In this document: positions 46,883-50,960 of the stretch, piece by piece
Layout of the letters: the number at the start of each line of letters is the position of its first letter
Numbering within the stretch: the stretch's first letter is position 1
Source: Bacillota bacterium
GTDB lineage: Bacteria > Bacillota > Sulfobacillia > JAMDAP01
Length of the DNA: 50,960 nt
Direction: 5' to 3'
Assembly (NCBI GenBank): GCA_050260815.1
Contig: JBLNCQ010000069.1
Location: 1 to 50,960 of the forward strand
Program-made: the position numbers and the translations under genes
Notes under the pieces: model-generated
Databases searched by the model: none
What the model saw: only the letters and a program-made list of their open reading frames with translations
Told to the model about the DNA's origin: nothing

Positions 46883-47553
46883 GCCCCATCCGCGCCTGCA
46901 TCTTTGACCTGGACGGGGTGCTGGTGGACACGGCGCGCTACCACTACCTGGCGTGGAAGCGGTTGGCCAATGAACTCGGGTTTGACCTGAGCGAGCGGGA
47001 GAACGAACGGCTGAAGGGCATCAGCCGAGACCGGTCGCTGGAGATCGTTCTGGAGATTGGCGGCCTGTCGCTGGACCCTGCCGTCAAGCAGGAACTGGCC
47101 GACAAGAAGAACCGCTGGTACGTGGAGCGCATCAGCCGCATGAATGAGTCCGAGGTCCTGCCGGGTGCCCGGCCGTTTCTGGAGGACCTGCGGCGGGCGG
47201 GCGTCCGTACGGCCCTGGGGTCGGCCAGCAAGAACGCGGCGACGATTCTGGAGCGCACCCGCCTGGCCGGTCTGTTTGACGCGGTGGTGGACGGCACCCG
47301 AACGGCCAGGCCCAAGCCGGACCCGGAGGTGTTCCTCCTGGCGGCGCAGGCCCTGCAGGTGGAACCCCGGCACTGCCTGGTCTTTGAGGACGCGGCAGCC
47401 GGCCTGGAGGCCGCCCGTCGCGCCGGCATGCGCTGCGTCGGCGTCGGTTCGCCGGAGGCGCTGGGCATGGCGGACCTGGTGGTAAGCAGTCTGGAAGAGA
47501 TGACGGTGGACCGGCTCCGGCTCCTAAACCGCAGGGAAAGGGACCCACAGTGA
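46879..47553 (+). CDS. pgmB: Beta-phosphoglucomutase
   Basis: IFDLDGVLVDTARYHYLAW, SASKNA, KPDPEVFL, FEDA. Confidence 0.92.
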   Translation: MSPIRACIFDLDGVLVDTARYHYLAWKRLANELGFDLSERENERLKGISRDRSLEIVLEIGGLSLDPAVKQELADKKNRWYVERISRMNESEVLPGARPFLEDLRRAGVRTALGSASKNAATILERTRLAGLFDAVVDGTRTARPKPDPEVFLLAAQALQVEPRHCLVFEDAAAGLEAARRAGMRCVGVGSPEALGMADLVVSSLEEMTVDRLRLLNRRERDPQ

Positions 47554-49853
47554 AACAGTACATTGCACTCAACCAATGGTCCATCGTGGAAGAAGCGTTT
47601 GATCCAGGCAGCAACCTGGTCTCGGAGAGCCTGTTCAGCATTGGCAACGGGCACATGGGGCAGCGGGCCAACTTTGAAGAGGCCTACAGCGGCGAGTCCC
47701 TTCAGGGCAGCTATCTGGCCGGAGTCTACTACCCGGACAAGACCCGGGTGGGCTGGTGGAAGAACGGCTACCCGGAGTACTTCGCCAAAGTCCTCAACGC
47801 CACCAACTGGATTGGCCTGGACCTGCGCTTTGGCGATGAGCAGTTGGACCTGGCCCGGTGCGAGGTGACGTCGTTCCGCCGGGAGCTGAACATGCGGGCG
47901 GGCTACCTGCAGCGCACCTTTACGGCGCGATTCCCCAGCGGCAGGGAGGTGCGGGTAGAGGCCACGCGCTTTGTCAGCATCGCCCGGCCGGAAGTGGGCG
48001 CCGTCCGCTACGCCGTCACGCCGCTGAATTTCAGCGGCCCGCTCCGGCTGACGCTCTACCTGGACGGCGACGTGCGGAACCAGGACGCCAACTATGACGA
48101 GAAGTTCTGGGACCAGGCAGAGGCTGCGAACACCCCCGACGGGGCGCTGCTCACGGTAAGGACCCGGAAGCTTGACTTCCACGTCTGTTCCGCCATGGCC
48201 TACGACATCACGCAGGCCGGGCAGCGGGTCTCGCCCACGGCGGAACGGAGCAGCCGGGACAAGTACGTGGCCCACACGCTCCTCCTGTCGGTGGAGCAGG
48301 GACAGACCACCGTGGTGCACAAGTATGTCGCCAACGTCACCTCGCGGGACCACGCCCGCGAGGACCTGGCCTCGGTGGGCCGTCGCGTGCTGTCGGCAGC
48401 CCGCTCCCAGGGCTTTGACGCCCTGCTGGACGAACAGGCCCGGGCCTGGGAGCAGAAGTGGCGCGACAGCGACATCGTCATTGAAGGCGACGCGGCGGCC
48501 CAGCAGGCCATCCGCTTCTGCATCTTCCAGCTCAACCAGACCTACACGGGGCACGACGAGCGGCTGAACATCGGCCCCAAGGGGTTCACCGGCGAGAAGT
48601 ACGGCGGCAGCACCTACTGGGACACCGAGGCCTACTGCCTGCCCTTCTACCTGAGCACAGCGGAGCCGCACGTGGCCCGCAACCTGCTGCTCTACCGCTA
48701 CAGGCATCTGGACAAGGCCAGGGAGAACGCCCGCAAGCTCGGCTTCGCCAGGGGCGCCCTCTACCCCATGGTGACCATGAACGGCGAGGAGTGCCACAAC
48801 GAGTGGGAGATCACCTTTGAGGAGATCCACCGCAACGGTGCCATTGCCCACGCCATCTACGACTATGTGCAGTACACCGGCGACCGGGATTACCTGGCCC
48901 AACACGGCCTGGAGGTGCTGGTGGAGATCTCCCGCTTCTGGGAAGAGCGGGTGCACTTGGTGCCGGCCAAGGGGTACGTCATGCTGGGGGTCACCGGCCC
49001 CAACGAGTATGAGAACAACGTCAACAACAACTGGTACACCAACCGCATGGCAGCCTGGACCCTGGAGTACACCCTGGAGGTTCTGGATCAGGTGCGGGCG
49101 TCGGAGCCGGACCGGTTCCACGAACTCGAGCGGCGGCTGCAGCTGGAAAAGAGCGAGACGGCCAAGTGGCGCGACATCATCGCCAGGATGTACTATCCCT
49201 ACGATGCGAAACGCCAGGTCTTTCTGCAGCAGGATGGCTTTCTGGACAAGGAACTGATGCCCGTCAGCGCCCTGGACCCGCAGCACCTGCCGCTGAACCA
49301 GCACTGGTCCTGGGACCGCATTCTGCGCTCCTGTTTCCTGAAGCAGGCCGACGTGCTGCAGGGGCTCTACTTCCTGGGCGACCGCTACGACCTGGAGACC
49401 AAGAGGCGCAACTTCGACTTCTATGAGCCCATGACGGTGCACGAGTCATCGCTGTCCCCCTCCGTCCACACCGTCCTGGCCTGCGAACTGGGGTACGGAG
49501 ACAGGGCGTATGAGCTCTTCCTGCGCGCCTCCCGGCTGGACCTGGACAACTACAACAACGACACCCAGGACGGGCTGCACATCACCAGCATGGGCGGCAC
49601 CTGGATGGCGGCGGTGAAGGGTTTCGGCGGCCTGCGCGTGAGCGGGGACCGGCTGGTGCTAAACCCCCTGCTGCCGGCCCACTGGCGCTCGCTCTCCTTC
49701 AAGGTGGTGTTCAGGGGCGCCCGCCTTCGGGTTCGGGCAGAGAAAGACCGCCTGGAGGTCACGAATGAGACGGACGTGGGAGCCGACCTGCTGGTCCGCG
49801 GCCAGGCCTGTCGCGTTGGTGCCCGGGAGACCCTGACCATTCCCGTGTTATAG
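47550..49853 (+). CDS. GH65 maltose phosphorylase
   Basis: GFTGEKYGGSTYWDTE, WEITFEEIHRN, GPNEY, KQADVL, HESSLS; adjacent to pgmB. Confidence 0.92.
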   Translation: MKQYIALNQWSIVEEAFDPGSNLVSESLFSIGNGHMGQRANFEEAYSGESLQGSYLAGVYYPDKTRVGWWKNGYPEYFAKVLNATNWIGLDLRFGDEQLDLARCEVTSFRRELNMRAGYLQRTFTARFPSGREVRVEATRFVSIARPEVGAVRYAVTPLNFSGPLRLTLYLDGDVRNQDANYDEKFWDQAEAANTPDGALLTVRTRKLDFHVCSAMAYDITQAGQRVSPTAERSSRDKYVAHTLLLSVEQGQTTVVHKYVANVTSRDHAREDLASVGRRVLSAARSQGFDALLDEQARAWEQKWRDSDIVIEGDAAAQQAIRFCIFQLNQTYTGHDERLNIGPKGFTGEKYGGSTYWDTEAYCLPFYLSTAEPHVARNLLLYRYRHLDKARENARKLGFARGALYPMVTMNGEECHNEWEITFEEIHRNGAIAHAIYDYVQYTGDRDYLAQHGLEVLVEISRFWEERVHLVPAKGYVMLGVTGPNEYENNVNNNWYTNRMAAWTLEYTLEVLDQVRASEPDRFHELERRLQLEKSETAKWRDIIARMYYPYDAKRQVFLQQDGFLDKELMPVSALDPQHLPLNQHWSWDRILRSCFLKQADVLQGLYFLGDRYDLETKRRNFDFYEPMTVHESSLSPSVHTVLACELGYGDRAYELFLRASRLDLDNYNNDTQDGLHITSMGGTWMAAVKGFGGLRVSGDRLVLNPLLPAHWRSLSFKVVFRGARLRVRAEKDRLEVTNETDVGADLLVRGQACRVGARETLTIPVL

Positions 49854-49868
49854 CCCGGTTGATGAAGC

Positions 49869-49896
49869 AAGGGAGAGGCTGCTGCCTCTCCCTTTT
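49869..49896 (+). terminator. Terminator of the mal operon
   Basis: AAGGGAGAGGC-tgct-GCCTCTCCCTTTT. Confidence 0.7.
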
Positions 49897-50006
49897 GCAA
49901 GTTAATGATATATTAATGTCAGATTAGAACCACATTGCCCAACGTCTTCCCGGGATTGTGCTATACTACCCAATGGATTCAGAATTTAAAGGGGGAAGTT
50001 GTAAAA

Positions 50007-50378
50007 GTGAAGAGGAGAGCGTTGGCGCTGGGCCTGGTTGCCGTCCTGGCCGCCGTGGTCCTGACCGCCTGCGGCGGTGGGGCCAAGTCGGGCGGCACCG
50101 CCGGCAAGACCATCGACGTCAAGATGACCGAGTTCGCGTTCGATCCCAAGGAGATCACCGTCAAGCAGGGCGAGCCGGTGACCATCAACCTGAACAACCA
50201 GGGCTCCGTGGCCCACAGTTTTGAGGTCAAGGAGTTTGGAGCCAAGAGTGATTCCATCCCCGCCGGCCAGACCGGGAAGTTGACCTTTACCCCCAACAAG
50301 ACGGGCGAGTTCCAGATCATCTGCTACGAGCCCGGCCACGTGGACTCCGGCATGACGGCCAAGCTCATCGTCCAGTAA
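50007..50378 (+). CDS. Cupredoxin (type 1 blue copper) lipoprotein
   Basis: Lipobox LTAC; His (VAHSF) plus C-YEPG-H-VDSG-M ligand loop; extended -10 TGcTATACT at 49959-49967. Confidence 0.88.
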   Translation: MKRRALALGLVAVLAAVVLTACGGGAKSGGTAGKTIDVKMTEFAFDPKEITVKQGEPVTINLNNQGSVAHSFEVKEFGAKSDSIPAGQTGKLTFTPNKTGEFQIICYEPGHVDSGMTAKLIVQ

Positions 50379-50467
50379 CCTGCCGCATCACTTTCAATGC
50401 AAGACCCCAGGGGCGCTCCGCATCAGGCGGAACGCCTTTCATCTCTTACCGTGGCCGAACGGTCAGA

Positions 50468-50914
50468 CTAGTTCGTCTCGGGGGCGCCGGGCAAAAGACC
50501 GTTGGGCGGCTCACCCGCCAGGTGGCGCAGGTACAAAATGACCATCCAGCGCTGCTGTTCGCTGAGGATGTCCTTCCACGCCGGCATGGCCGTCAGGCGT
50601 TCGCCCTCGCTGATGCGATAGAAGAGCCTGGCGTCGGACGACTCCATCGTCTCCTGCACCAGGTCCGCCGGCCGGGGCCTTAGGCCGGCGGCGGGGACGC
50701 CGTCACCGCGGCCGTTGATGCCGTGGCAGAAGGCGCAGTTGAAGGTGTACAGGCGGTGGCCCGTCAGCAGGTTGGGGTTGGTACTGGGTATGGGGTTGGA
50801 CAGCCCCCGGTAGCTGCGCGGGATATCAGGATGCAGAGAAAGCCGGATCACCCAGGTCAGCAGAAGGACCACTGCCGCGGCGGCCGCCCACAGCAGGTTA
50901 CGCCTCATCCGCAC
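50468..50914 (-). CDS. Membrane-anchored monoheme cytochrome c
   Basis: N-terminal TM; CAFCHG..G.GDG; distal Met in TAMPAW. Confidence 0.88.
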   Translation of the reverse strand: MRMRRNLLWAAAAAVVLLLTWVIRLSLHPDIPRSYRGLSNPIPSTNPNLLTGHRLYTFNCAFCHGINGRGDGVPAAGLRPRPADLVQETMESSDARLFYRISEGERLTAMPAWKDILSEQQRWMVILYLRHLAGEPPNGLLPGAPETN

Positions 50915-50960
50915 ATACCCCCCACATACAGCAGACCGCCGGAGTCCCGGCGGTCTATCC

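Overview
GC-rich chromosomal window from a probable spore-forming Bacillota member (Symbiobacterium-like; inferred from gene content, Gram-positive-type SD sequences, a Cheo-type SOS box and sigH/sigF/sigG-like promoter motifs). Gene order: divergent polysaccharide deacetylase; livKHMGF; 5'-truncated MFS gene; uvrB; an IS200/IS605-type right-end remnant; nucleotidyltransferase-like gene; NUDIX; MFS; a hypothetical; uvrA; an ~860 bp accessory gap; DUF2512; uvrC-rhomboid-YczE; an envelope-stress region (DUF2089 regulator, DUF4097/YvlB-like, SHOCT, YvlD holin-like, HPr, CC/Se-motif protein, UgtP-like glycosyltransferase, ECF sigma/anti-sigma, B-box membrane protein, PspC, LiaF-like); NlpC/P60; CapA-like; ROK glucokinase plus cupin PGI; a Vor-type 2-oxoacid:ferredoxin oxidoreductase operon; a complete maltose/maltodextrin locus; a cupredoxin lipoprotein and a cytochrome c. 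The best unannotated signal is in the uvrA-uvrC gap. It has the full layout of a type I toxin-antitoxin module: a 33-36 aa hydrophobic peptide with a basic tail, an SD-sequestering stem, a 12-nt 5'/3' long-range complementarity, its own promoter and terminator, and a convergent promoter and terminator defining a ~115-nt antisense RNA. A phased 17-bp repeat array lies next to it. Also notable are an orphan TnpB-type right end/omegaRNA-like element that supplies the uvrB stop codon, phased operator-like palindromes upstream of the DUF2089 operon, and three deletion-derived pseudogenes. All calls were made by eye; no database searches were run.
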